A stretch of DNA of 64,000 bases from the human T2T-CHM13v2.0 reference genome, Homo sapiens: the NCBI RefSeq assembly GCF_009914755.1, contig NC_060947.1; one strand, written 5' to 3'. Below, one piece after another: positions 11,201-25,400 of the stretch. A model generated the notes under the pieces. It was not told where the DNA came from. It was given only the letters and a program-made list of their open reading frames with translations, and did not search any database. Position numbers and translations under genes: made by a program. The stretch's first letter is position 1; every line of letters begins with the position of its first letter.

Positions 11201-14200
11201 TCAACTATCAAAGGAAGGTTCAACTCTGTGAGTTGAATACAAACATCACAAAGAATGTTCTGAGTTTGCTTCCGTTCAGTTATGGGAAGTTGATCCCGTT
11301 TCCAACGAAATCCTCAGAGAGGTCCAAATATCCCCTTGCAGATTCTACAAAACGTGTGTTTCGAAACTGCTCCATCATAACGAATGTTCAGCTCTCTGAG
11401 TTAAACTCCATCGTCACAAAGAATTTTCTGAGAGTGCTACCGTCTGGTTTTTATATGAAGTTCTTTCCTTTACTACCACAGGCCTCAAAGCGGTCCAAAT
11501 CTCCACTTGCAGATTCTACAAAAACAGTGTTTGCAAACTGCTCTATCAAAAGGAATGTTCAACTCTGGGAGTTGAATGCAATCATCACAGAGCAGTTTCT
11601 GAGAATGCTTCTATGTCGTTTTTAGGAGAAGATATTTCCTTTTCCAACACAGTCCTCCAAGCCCGCTAAATATCCACTTGCACATTGTAGAAAAAGTGTG
11701 TCGAAGCTGCGCTATCAAAGGGAAAGTTCAACTCTGTGAGGTGAATGCAAACATCCCAAAGAAGTTTCTGAGAATGCTTCCGTTTAGCTTTTAGGTGAAG
11801 ATTATCCCATTTCCAACGAAATCTTCAAAGAGGTCCAAATATCCCCTTGCGGATCCCACAGAAAGAGTGTTTCGAAACTGCTGTTTCAAAAGGAATCTTC
11901 AACTCTGTGAGTTGAATGCAATCATCACAAAGAAGTTTCTGACAATGCTTCTCTCTCGTCTTTCTGTGAAGATAAAGGAAAAGGCTTTCAGGCCTTTTCC
12001 ACCACAGGCCTGAAAGCGCTCCAAATGTCCACTTGCAGATTCTGCCAAAAGAATATTTCAAAACTGCTCTATGAAAAGCAATGTTAAACTCTGTGGCTCG
12101 AACACAAACATCACAAAGCAGTTTCTGAGAATGCTTCAGTTTAGTTTTTCTGTGGAAATATTCCCGTTTCGAAAGAAATCTTCAAAGAGGTCCACGCATC
12201 CACTTACAGATTCTACAAAAAGACAGTTTCAAAACTGCTCAATCAAAAGGAGGGTTCAACCGTGTGACTTGAATGCAATCATCACTCAGAAGTTTCTGAG
12301 AATGCTTCTCTTTAGTTTTTACGTGAACATATACCCGTTTCGAACGAAGGCCACCCAGTGGTCCAAATATCCACTTGCAGATTCTACAGAAAGAGTGTTT
12401 CGAACCTGAACTCTCAAAGGCAGGTTCATCTCTGCGAGTTCAATGCATTCAACATGAAGAACTTTCTCAGCGTGTTTGTGTTTAGTTATGGGAAATTATT
12501 GCCGTTTCCAACGAAATCCTCAGAGAGGTCCAAATATCCACCTGCAGATTCTACCAAAAGTGTATTTGGAAACTGCTCCATCAAAAGGCATGTTCAGCTC
12601 TGTGAGTGAAACTCCATCATCACAAAGAATATTCTGAGAATGCTTCCGTTTGCCTTTTATATGAAGTTCCTTCCTATACTACCGTAGGCCTCAAAGCAGT
12701 CCAAATCTCCATTTGCAGATTCTACAAAAAGAGTGATTCCAATCTGCTCTATCAATAGCATTGTTCAACTCCAGGAGTTGAATGCCATCCTCACAAAGTC
12801 GTTTCTGAGAATGCTTCTATCTAGTTTTTATGTGAAGATATTTCCTTTTCCACCACAGGCCTCAAAGCCCTCCAAACGTCCACTTGCAGATTCTCGAAAA
12901 AGAGTGTTTCATAGCTGCTCTTTCACAAGGAAAGTTCAACTCTGGGAGTTGAATACAAACATCACAAAGTAGTTTGTGAGAATGCTTCTGTTTAGTTCTT
13001 ATGTGAAGATGATCCCGTTTCCAGTGAAATCTTCAAAGAGGTCCACATATCCCCTTGCAGATTCCAAAGAAAGAGGGTTTCAAAACTGCTCCATCAAAAG
13101 GATTGTTCAACTCTGTGAGTTGAATGCAGTCATCGCAGAAAACTTTCTGAGAATGCTTCTGTCTAGGTTTGAGGTGAAGATATAGACGTTTCAAACGAAG
13201 GCTACAAAGTGGTCAAAATATACACTTGCAGATTCTACTACAAGGGTGTTGCAAACTTCAACTATCAAAGGAAGGTTCAACTCTGTGAGTTGAATACAAA
13301 CATCACAAAGAATGTTCTGAGTTTGCTTCCGTTCAGTTATGGGAAGTTGATCCCGTTTCCAACGAAATCCTCAGAGAGGTCCAAATATCCCCTTGCAGAT
13401 TCTACAAAACGTGTGTTTGGAAACTGCTCCATCATAACGAATGTTCAGCTCTCTGAGTTAAACTCCATCGTCACAAAGAATTTTCTGAGAGTGCTACCGT
13501 CTGGTTTTTATATGAAGTTCTTTCCTTTACTACCACAGGCCTCAAAGCGGTCCAAATCTCCACTTGCAGATTCTACAAAAACAGTGTTTGCAAACTGCTC
13601 TATCAAAAGGAATGTTCAACTCTGGGAGTTGAATGCAATCATCACAGAGCAGTTTCTGAGAATGCTTCTATGTCGTTTTTAGGAGAAGATATTTCCTTTT
13701 CCAACACAGTCCTCCAAGCCCGCTAAAGGTCCACTTGCACACTTTAGAAAAAGTGTGTCGAAGCTGCGCTATCAAAGGGAAAGTTCAACTCTGTGAGGTG
13801 AATGCAAACATCCCAAAGAAGTTTCTGAGAATGCTTCCGTTTAGCTTTTAGGTGAAGATTATCCCGTTTCCAACGAAACCTTCAAAGAGGTCCAAATATC
13901 CCCTTGCGGATCCCACAGAAAGAGTGTTTTGAAACTGCTGTTTCAAAAGGAATCTTCAACTCTGTGAGTTGAATGCAATCATCACAAAGAAGTTTCTGAC
14001 AATGCTTCTCTCTCGTCTTTCTGTGAAGATAAAGGAAAAGGCTTTCAGGCCTTTTCCACCACAGGCCTGAAAGCGCTCCAAATGTCCACTTGCAGATTCT
14101 GCCAAAAGAATATTTCAAAACTGCTCTATGAAAAGCAATGTTAAACTCTGTGGCTCGAACACAAACATCACAAAGCGGTTTCTGAGAATGCTTCAGTTTA

Positions 14201-16456
14201 GTTTTTCTGTGGAAATATTCCCGTTTCCAAAGAAATCTTCAAAGAGGTCCACGTATCCACTTACAGATTCTACAAAAAGACAGTTTCAAAACTGCTCAAT
14301 CAAAAGGAGGGTTCAACCGTGTGACTTGAATGCAATCATCACTCAGAAGTTTCTGAGAACGCTTCTGTGTAGTTTTTACGTGAACATATAGCCGTTTCGA
14401 ACGAAGGCCACCCAGTGGTCCAAATATCCACTTGCAGATTCTAAAGAAAGAGTGTTTCGAACCTGAACTCTCAAAGGCAGGTTCATCTCTGCGAGTTCAA
14501 TGCATTCATCATGAAGAACTTTCTCAGCGTGTTTGTGTTTAGTTATGGGAAATTATTCCCGTTTCCAACGAAATCCTCAGAGAGCTCCAAATATACACCT
14601 GCAGATTCTACCAAAAGTGTATTTGGAAACTGCTCCATCAAAAGGCATGTTCAGCTCTGTGAGTGAAACTCCATCATCACAAAGAATATTCTGAGAATGC
14701 TTCCGTTTGCCTTTTATATGAAGTTCCTTCCTATACTACCGTAGGCCTCAAAGCAGTCCAAATCTCCATTTGCAGATTCTACAAAAAGAGTGATTCCAAT
14801 CTGCTCTATCAATAGGATTGTTCAACTCCAGGAGTTGAATGCCATCCTCACAAAGTCGTTTCTGAGAATGCTTCTATCTAGTTTTTATGTGAAGATATTT
14901 CCTTTTCCACCACAGGCCTCAAAGCCCTCCAAACGTCCACTTGCAGATTCTCGAAAAAGAGTGTTTCATAGCTGCTCTTTCAAAAGGAATGTTCAACTCT
15001 GGGAGTTGAATACAAACATCACAAAGTCGTTTCCGAGAATGCTTCTGTTTAGTTCTTATGTGAAGATGATCCCGTTTCCAGTGAAATCTTCAAAGAGGTC
15101 CACATATCCCCTTGCAGATTCCAAAGAAAGAGGGTTTCAAAACTGCTCCATCAAAAGGATTGTTCAACTCTGTGAGTTGAATGCAGTCATCGCAGAAAAC
15201 TTTCTGAGAATGCTTCTGTCTAGGTTTGAGGTGAAGATATAGACGTTTCAAACGAAGGCTACAAAGTGGTCAAAATATACACTTGCAGATTCTACTACAA
15301 GGGTGTTGCAAACCTCAACTATCAAAGGAAGGTTCAACTCTGTGAGTTGAATACAAACATCACAAAGAATGTTCTGAGTTTGCTTCCGTTCAGTTATGGG
15401 AAGTTGATCCCGTTTCCAACGAAATCCTCAGAGAGGTCCAAATATCCCCTTGCAGATTCTACAAAACGTGTGTTTCGAAACTGCTCCATCATAACGAATG
15501 TTCAGCTCTCTGAGTTAAACTCCATCGTCACAAAGAATTTTCTGAGAGTGCTACCGTCTGGTTTTTATATGAAGTTCTTTCCTTTACTACCACAGGCCTC
15601 AAAGCGGTCCAAATCTCCACTTGCAGATTCTACAAAAACAGTGTTTGCAAACTGCTCTATCAAAAGGAATGTTCAACTCTGGGAGTTGAATGCAATCATC
15701 ACAGAGCAGTTTCTGAGAATGCTTCTATGTCGTTTTTAGGAGAAGATATTTCCTTTTCCAACACAGTCCTCCAAGCCCGCTAAATATCCACTTGCACATT
15801 GTAGAAAAAGTGTGTCGAAGCTGCGCTATCAAAGGGAAAGTTCAACTCTGTGAGGTGAATGCAAACATCCCAAAGAAGTTTCTGAGAATGCTTCCGTTTA
15901 GCTTTTAGGTGAAGATTATCCCATTTCCAACGAAATCTTCAAAGAGGTCCAAATATCCCCTTGCGGATCCCACAGAAAGAGTGTTTCGAAACTGCTGTTT
16001 CAAAAGGAATCTTCAACTCTGTGAGTTGAATGCAATCATCACAAAGAAGTTTCTGACAATGCTTCTCTCTCGTCTTTCTGTGAAGATAAAGGAAAAGGCT
16101 TTCAGGCCTTTTCCACCACAGGCCTGAAAGCGCTCCAAATGTCCACTTGCAGATTCTGCCAAAAGAATATTTCAAAACTGCTCTATGAAAAGCAATGTTA
16201 AACTCTGTGGCTCGAACACAAACATCACAAAGCAGTTTCTGAGAATGCTTCAGTTTAGTTTTTCTGTGGAAATATTCCCGTTTCGAAAGAAATCTTCAAA
16301 GAGGTCCACGCATCCACTTACAGATTCTACAAAAAGACAGTTTCAAAACTGCTCAATCAAAAGGAGGGTTCAACCGTGTGACTTGAATGCAATCATCACT
16401 CAGAAGTTTCTGAGAATGCTTCTCTTTAGTTTTTACGTGAACATATACCCGTTTCG
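8229..16456. repeat. 2-HOR (4114-bp) tandem duplication, U5-U6 / U7-U8, apparently identical
   Basis: All ORF translations are identical at +4114. Private alleles are shared (atagcattg, tttgtgag 8862/12976, aaaggtccac, tgttttgaaa, ctgtgtag, atatacacct, box 3 G>A 11809/15923). Confidence 0.9.
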
Positions 16457-19400
16457 AACGAAGGCCACCCAGTGGTCCAAATATCCACTTGCAGATTCTA
16501 CAGAAAGAGTGTTTCGAACCTGAACTCTCAAAGGCAGGTTCATCTCTGCGAGTTCAATGCATTCAACATGAAGAACTTTCTCAGCGTGTTTGTGTTTAGT
16601 TATGGGAAATTATTGCCGTTTCCAACGAAATCCTCAGAGAGGTCCAAATATCCACCTGCAGATTCTACCAAAAGTGTATTTGGAAACTGCTCCATCAAAA
16701 GGCATGTTCAGCTCTGTGAGTGAAACTCCATCATCACAAAGAATATTCTGAAAATGCTTCCGTTTGCCTTTTATATGAAGTTCCTTCCTATACTACCGTA
16801 GGCCTCAAAGCAGTCCAAATCTCCATTTGCAGATTCTACAAAAAGAGTGATTCCAATCTGCTCTATCAATAGGATTGTTGAACTCCATGATTTGAATGCC
16901 ATCCTCACAAAGTCGTTTGTGAGAATGCTTCTATCTAGTTTTTATGTGAAGATATTTCCTTTTCCACCACAGGCCTCAAAGCCCTCCAAACGTCCACTTG
17001 CAGATTCTCGAAAAAGAGTGTTTCATAGCTGCTCTTTCAAAAGGAAAGTTCAACTCTGGGAGTTGAATACAAACATCACAAAGTAGTTTCTGAGAATGCT
17101 TCTGTTTAGTTCTTATGTGAAGATGATCCCGTTTCCAGTGAAATCTTCAAAGAGGTCCACATATCCCCTTGCAGATTCCAAAGAAAGAGGGTTTCAAAAC
17201 TGCTCCATCAAAAGGATTGTTCAACTCTGTGAGTTGAATGCAGTCATCGCAGAAAACTTTCTGAGAATGCTTCTGTCTAGGTTTGAGGTGAAGATATAGA
17301 CGTTTCAAACGAAGGCTACAAAGTGGTCAAAATATACACTTGCAGATTCTACTACAAGGGTGTTGCAAACTTCAACTATCAAAGGAAGGTTCAACTCTGT
17401 GAGTTGAATACAAACATCACAAAGAATGTTCTGAGTTTGCTTCCGTTCAGTTATGGGAAGTTGATCCCGTTTCCAACGAAATCCTCAGAGAGGTCCAAAT
17501 ATCCCCTTGCAGATTCTACGAAACGTGTGTTTGGAAACTGCTCCATCATAACGAATGTTCAGCTCTCTGAGTTAAACTCCATCGTCACAAAGAATTTTCT
17601 GAGAGTGCTACCGTCTGGTTTTTATATGAAGTTCTTTCCTTTACTACCACAGGCCTCAAAGCGGTCCAAATCTCCACTTGCAGATTCTACAAAAACAGTG
17701 TTTGCAAACTGCTCTATCAAAAGGAATGTTCAACTCTGGGAGTTGAATGCAATCATCACAGAGCAGTTTCTGAGAATGCTTCTATGTCGTTTTTAGGAGA
17801 AGATATTTCCTTTTCCAACACAGTCCTCCAAGCCCGCTAAATGTCCACTTGCACACTTTAGAAAAAGTGTGTCGAAGCTGCGCTATCAAAGGGAAAGTTC
17901 AACTCTGTGAGGTGAATGCAAACATCCCAAAGAAGTTTCTGAGAATGCTTCCGTTTAGCTTTTAGGTGAAGATTATCCCGTTTCCAACGAAACCTTCAAA
18001 GAGGTCCAAATATCCCCTTGCGGATCCCACAGAAAGAGTGTTTCGAAACTGCTGTTTCAAAAGGAATCTTCAACTCTGTGAGTTGAATGCAATCATCACA
18101 AAGAAGTTTCTGACAATGCTTCTCTCTCGTCTTTCTGTGAAGATAAAGGAAAAGGCTTTCAGGCCTTTTCCACCACAGGCCTGAAAGCGCTCCAAATGTC
18201 CACTTGCAGATTCTGCCAAAAGAATATTTCAAAACTGCTCTATGAAAAGCAATGTTAAACTCTGTGGCTCGAACACAAACATCACAAAGCGGTTTCTGAG
18301 AATGCTTCAGTTTAGTTTTTCTGTGGAAATATTCCCGTTTCGAAAGAAATCTTCAAAGAGGTCCACGTATCCACTTACAGATTCTACAAAAAGACAGTTT
18401 CAAAACTGCTCCATCAAAAGGAGGGTTCAACTGTGTGACTTGAATGCAATCATCACTCAGAAGTTTCTGAGAACGCTTCTGTTTAGTTTTTACGTGAACA
18501 TATAGCCGTTTCGAACGAAGGCCACCCAGTGGTCCAAATATCCACTTGCAGATTCTAAAGAAAGAGTGTTTCGAACCTGAACTCTCAAAGGCAGGTTCAT
18601 CTCTGCGAGTTCAATGCATTCATCATGAAGAACTTTCTCAGCGTGTTTGTGTTTAGTTATGGGAAATTATTCCCGTTTCCAACGAAATCCTCAGAGAGCT
18701 CCAAATATCCACCTGCAGATTCTACCAAAAGTGTATTTGGAAACTGCTCCATGAAAAGGCATGTTCAGCTCTGTGAGTGAAACTCCATCATCACAAAGAA
18801 TATTCTGAGAATGCTTCCGTTTGCCTTTTATATGAAGTTCCTTCCTATACTACCGTAGGCCTCAAAGCAGTCCAAATCTCCATTTGCAGATTCTACAAAA
18901 AGAGTGATTCCAATCTGCTCTATCAATAGGATTGTTCAACTCCATGAGTTGAATGCCATCCTCACAAAGTCGTTTCTGAGAATGCTTCTATCTAGTTTTT
19001 ATGTGAAGATATTTCCTTTTCCACCACAGGCCTCAAAGCCCTCCAAACGTCCACTTGCAGATTCTCGAAAAAGAGTGTTTCATAGCTGCTCTTTCAAAAG
19101 GAATGTTCAACTCTGGGAGTTGAATACAAACATCACAAAGTCGTTTCCGAGAATGCTTCTGTTTAGTTCTTATGTGAAGATGATCCCGTTTCCAGTGAAA
19201 TCTTCAAAGAGGTCCACATATCCCCTTGCAGATTCCAAAGAAAGAGGGTTTCAAAACTGCTCCATCAAAAGGATTGTTCAACTCTGTGAGTTGAATGCAG
19301 TCATCGCAGAAAACTTTCTGAGAATGCTTCTGTCTAGGTTTGATGTGAAGATATAGACGTTTCAAACGAAGGCTACAAAGTGGTCAAAATATACACTTGC

Positions 19401-22400
19401 AGATTCTACTACAAGGGTGTTGCAAGCCTGAACTATCAAAGGAAGGTTCAACTCTGTGAGTTGAATACAAACATCGCAAAGAATGCTCTGAGTTTGCTTC
19501 CGTTCAGTTATGGGAAGTTGATCCCGTTTCCAACGAAATCCTCAGAGAGGTCCAAATATCCCCTTGCAGATTCTCCAAAACGTGTGTTTGGAAACTGCTC
19601 CATCATAACGAATGTTCAGCTCTCTGAGTTAAACTCCATCGTCACAAAGAATTTTCTGAGAGTGCTACCGTCTGGTTTTTATATGAAGTTCTTTCCTTTA
19701 CTACCACAGGCCTCAAAGCGGTCCAAATCTCCACTTGCAGATTCTACAAAAACAGTGTTTGCAAACTGCTCTATCAAAAGGAATGTTCAACTCTGGGAGT
19801 TGAATGCAATCATCACAGAGCAGTTTCTGAGAATGCTTCTATGTCGTTTTTAGGAGAAGATATTTCCTTTTCCAACACAGTCCTCCAAGCCCGCTAAATA
19901 TCCACTTGCACATTGTAGAAAAAGTGTGTCGAAGCTGCGCTATCAAAGGGAAAGTTCAACTCTGTGAGGTGAATGCAAACATCCCAAAGAAGTTTCTGAG
20001 AATGCTTCCGTTTAGCTTTTAGGTGAAGATTATCCCGTTTCCAACGAAATCTTCAAAGAGGTCCAAATATCCCCTTGCGGATCCCACAGAAAGAGTGTTT
20101 CGAAACTGCTGTTTCAAAAGGAATCTTCAACTCTGTGAGTTGAATGCAATCATCACAAAGAAGTTTCTGACAATGCTTCTCTCTCGTCTTTCTGTGAAGA
20201 TAAAGGAAAAGGCTTTCAGGCCTTTTCCACCACAGGCCTGAAAGCGCTCCAAATGTCCACTTGCAGATTCTGCCAAAAGAATATTTCAAAACTGCTCTAT
20301 GAAAAGCAATGTTAAACTCTGTGGCTCGAACACAAACATCACAAAGCAGTTTCTGAGAATGCTTCAGTTTAGTTTTTCTGTGGAAATATTCCCGTTTCGA
20401 AAGAAATCTTCAAAGAGGTCCACGCATCCACTTACAGATTCTACAAAAAGACAGTTTCAAAACTGCTCAATCAAAAGGAGGGTTCAACCGTGTGACTTGA
20501 ATGCAATCATCACTCAGAAGTTTCTGAGAATGCTTCTCTTTAGTTTTTACGTGAACATATACCCGTTTCGAACGAAGGCCACCCAGTGGTCCAAATATCC
20601 ACTTGCAGATTCTACAGAAAGAGTGTTTCGAACCTGAACTCTCAAAGGCAGGTTCATCTCTGCGAGTTCAATGCATTCAACATGAAGAACTTTCTCAGCG
20701 TGTTTGTGTTTAGTTATGGGAAATTATTGCCGTTTCCAACGAAATCCTCAGAGAGGTCCAAATATCCACCTGCAGATTCTACCAAAAGTGTATTTGGAAA
20801 CTGCTCCATCAAAAGGCATGTTCAGCTCTGTGAGTGAAACTCCATCATCACAAAGAATATTCTGAGAATGCTTCCGTTTGCCTTTTATATGAAGTTCCTT
20901 CCTATACTACCGTAGGCCTCAAAGCAGTCCAAATCTCCATTTGCAGATTCTACAAAAAGAGTGATTCCAATCTGCTCTATCAATAGGATTGTTCAACTCC
21001 ATGATTTGAATGCCATCCTCACAAAGTCGTTTGTGAGAATGCTTCTATCTAGTTTTTATGTGAAGATATTTCCTTTTCCACCACAGGCCTCAAAGCCCTC
21101 CAAACGTCCACTTGCAGATTCTCGAAAAAGAGTGTTTCATAGCTGCTCTTTCAAAAGGAAAGTTCAACTCTGGGAGTTGAATACAAACATCACAAAGTAG
21201 TTTCCGAGAATGCTTCTGTTTAGTTCTTATGTGAAGATGATCCCGTTTCCAGTGAAATCTTCAAAGAGGTCCACATATCCCCTTGCAGATTCCAAAGAAA
21301 GAGGGTTTCAAAACTGCTCCATCAAAAGGATTGTTCAACTCTGTGAGTTGAATGCAGTCATCGCAGAAAACTTTCTGAGAATGCTTCTGTCTAGGTTTGA
21401 GGTGAAGATATAGACGTTTCAAACGAAGGCTACAAAGTGGTCAAAATATACACTTGCAGATTCTACTACAAGGGTGTTGCAAACTTCAACTATCAAAGGA
21501 AGGTTCAACTCTGTGAGTTGAATACAAACATCACAAAGAATGTTCTGAGTTTGCTTCCGTTCAGTTATGGGAAGTTGATCCCGTTTCCAACGAAATCCTC
21601 AGAGAGGTCCAAATATCCCCTTGCAGATTCTACGAAACGTGTGTTTGGAAACTGCTCCATCATAACGAATGTTCAGCTCTCTGAGTTAAACTCCATCGTC
21701 ACAAAGAATTTTCTGAGAGTGCTACCGTCTGGTTTTTATATGAAGTTCTTTCCTTTACTACCACAGGCCTCAAAGCGGTCCAAATCTCCACTTGCAGATT
21801 CTACAAAAACAGTGTTTGCAAACTGCTCTATCAAAAGGAATGTTCAACTCTGGGAGTTGAATGCAATCATCACAGAGCAGTTTCTGAGAATGCTTCTATG
21901 TCGTTTTTAGGAGAAGATATTTCCTTTTCCAACACAGTCCTCCAAGCCCGCTAAATGTCCACTTGCACACTTTAGAAAAAGTGTGTCGAAGCTGCGCTAT
22001 CAAAGGGAAAGTTCAACTCTGTGAGGTGAATGCAAACATCCCAAAGAAGTTTCTGAGAATGCTTCCGTTTAGCTTTTAGGTGAAGATTATCCCGTTTCCA
22101 ACGAAACCTTCAAAGAGGTCCAAATATCCCCTTGCGGATCCCACAGAAAGAGTGTTTCGAAACTGCTGTTTCAAAAGGAATCTTCAACTCTGTGAGTTGA
22201 ATGCAATCATCACAAAGAAGTTTCTGACAATGCTTCTCTCTCGTCTTTCTGTGAAGATAAAGGAAAAGGCTTTCAGGCCTTTTCCACCACAGGCCTGAAA
22301 GCGCTCCAAATGTCCACTTGCAGATTCTGCCAAAAGAATATTTCAAAACTGCTCTATGAAAAGCAATGTTAAACTCTGTGGCTCGAACACAAACATCACA

Positions 22401-25400
22401 AAGCGGTTTCTGAGAATGCTTCAGTTTAGTTTTTCTGTGGAAATATTCCCGTTTCCAAAGAAATCTTCAAAGAGGTCCACGTATCCACTTACAGATTCTA
22501 CAAAAAGACAGTTTCAAAACTGCTCCATCAAAAGGAGGGTTCAACTGTGTGACTTGAATGCAATCATCACTCAGAAGTTTCTGAGAACGCTTCTGTTTAG
22601 TTTTTACGTGAACATATAGCCGTTTCGAACGAAGGCCACCCAGTGGTCCAAATATCCACTTGCAGATTCTACAGAAAGAGTGTTTCGAACCTGAACTCTC
22701 AAAGGCAGGTTCATCTCTGCGAGTTCAATGCATTCATCATGAAGAACTTTCTCAGCGTGTTTGTGTTTAGTTATGGGAAATTATTCCCGTTTCCAACGAA
22801 ATCCTCAGAGAGCTCCAAATATCCACCTGCAGATTCTACCAAAAGTGTATTTGGAAACTGCTCCATGAAAAGGCATGTTCAGCTCTGTGAGTGAAACTCC
22901 ATCATCACAAAGAATATTCTGAGAATGCTTCCGTTTGCCTTTTATATGAAGTTCCTTCCTATACTACCGTAGGCCTCAAAGCAGTCCAAATCTCCATTTG
23001 CAGATTCTACAAAAAGAGTGATTCCAATCTGCTCTATCAATAGGATTGTTCAACTCCATGAGTTGAATGCCATCCTCACAAAGTCGTTTCTGAGAATGCT
23101 TCTATCTAGTTTTTATGTGAAGATATTTCCTTTTCCACCACAGGCCTCAAAGCCCTCCAAACGTCCACTTGCAGATTCTCGAAAAAGAGTGTTTCATAGC
23201 TGCTCTTTCAAAAGGAATGTTCAACTCTGGGAGTTGAATACAAACATCACAAAGTCGTTTCCGAGAATGCTTCTGTTTAGTTCTTATGTGAAGATGATCC
23301 CGTTTCCAGTGAAATCTTCAAAGAGGTCCACATATCCCCTTGCAGATTCCAAAGAAAGAGGGTTTCAAAACTGCTCCATCAAAAGGATTGTTCAACTCTG
23401 TGAGTTGAATGCAGTCATCACAGAAAACTTTCTGAGAATGCTTCTGTCTAGGTTTGATGTGAAGATATAGACGTTTCAAACGAAGGCTACAAAGTGGTCA
23501 AAATATACACTTGCAGATTCTACTACAAGGGTGTTGCAAACCTGAACTATCAAAGGAAGGTTCAACTCTGTGAGTTGAATACAAACATCGCAAAGAATGC
23601 TCTGAGTTTGCTTCCGTTCAGTTATGGGAAGTTGATCCCGTTTCCAACGAAATCCTCAGAGAGGTCCAAATATCCCCTTGCAGATTCTACAAAACGTGTG
23701 TTTGGAAACTGCTCCATCATAACGAATGTTCAGCTCTCTGAGTTAAACTCCATCGTCACAAAGAATTTTCTGAGAGTGCTACCGTCTGGTTTTTATATGA
23801 AGTTCTTTCCTTTACTACCACAGGCCTCAAAGCGGTCCAAATCTCCACTGGCAGATTCTACAAAAAGAGTGTTTGCAAACTGCTCTATCAAAAGGAATGT
23901 TCAACTCTGGGAGTTTAATGCAATCATCACAGAGCAGTTTCTGAGAATGCTTCTATGTCGTTTTTAGGAGAAGATATTTCCTTTTCCAACACAGTCCTCC
24001 AAGCCCGCTAAATATCCCCTTGCACATTGTAGAAAAAGTGTGTCGAAGCTGCGCTATCAAAGGGAAAGTTCAAGTCTGTGAGGTGAATGCAAACATCCCA
24101 AAGAAGTTTCTGAGAATGCTTCCGTTTAGCTTTTAGGTGAAGATTATCCCGTTTCCAACGAAATCTTCAAAGAGGTCCAAATATCCCCTTGCGGATCCCA
24201 CAGAAAGAGTGTTTCGAAACTGCTGTTTCAAAAGGAATCTTCAACTCTGTGAGTTGAATGCAATCATCACAAAGAAGTTTCTGACAATGCTTCTCTCTCG
24301 TCTTTCTGTGAAGATAAAGGAAAAGGCTTTCAGGCCTTTTCCACCACAGGCCTGAAAGCGCTCCAAATGTCCACTTGCAGATTCTGCCAAAAGAATATTT
24401 CAAAACTGCTCTATGAAAAGCAATGTTAAACTCTGTGGCTCGAACACAAACATCACAAAGCAGTTTCTGAGAATGCTTCAGTTTAGTTTTTCTGTGGAAA
24501 TATTCCCGTTTCGAAAGAAATCTTCAAAGAGGTCCACGTATCCACTTACAGATTCTACAAAAAGACAGTTTCAAAACTGCTCAATCAAAAGGAGGGTTCA
24601 ACCGTGTGACTTGAATGCAATCATCACTCAGAAGTTTCTGAGAATGCTTCTCTTTAGTTTTTACGTGAACATATACCTGTTTCGAACGAAGGCCACCCAG
24701 TGGTCCAAATATCCACTTGCAGATTCTACAGAAAGAGTGTTTCGAACCTGAACTCTCAAAGGCAGGTTCATCTCTGCGAGTTAAATGCATTCATCATGAA
24801 GAACTTTCTCAGAGTGTTTGTGTTTAGTTATGGGAAATTATTGCCGTTTCCAACGAAATCCTCAGAGAGGTCCAAATATCCACCTGCAGATTCTACCAAA
24901 AGTGTATTTGGAAACTGCTCCATCAAAAGGCATGTTCAGCTCTGTGAGTGAAACTCCATCATCACAAAGAATATTCTGAGAATGCTTCCGTTTGCCTTTT
25001 ATATGAAGTTCCTTCCTATACTACCGTAGGCCTCAAAGCAGTCCAAATCTCCATTTGCAGATTCTACAAAAAGAGTGATTCCAATCTGCTCTATCAATAG
25101 GATTGTTCAACTCCATGAGTTGAATGCCATCCTCACAAAGTCGTTTCTGAGAATGCTTCTATCTAGTTTTTATGTGAAGATATTTCCTTTTCCACCACAG
25201 GCCTCAAAGCCCTCCAAACGTCCACTTGCAGATTCTCGAAAAAGAGTGTTTCATAGCTGCTCTTTCACAAGGAAAGTTCAACTCTGGGAGTTGAATACAA
25301 ACATCACAAAGTAGTTTCCGAGAATGCTTCTGTTTAGTTCTTATGTGAAGATGATCCCGTTTCCAGTGAAATCTTCAAAGAGGTCCACATATCCCCTTGC

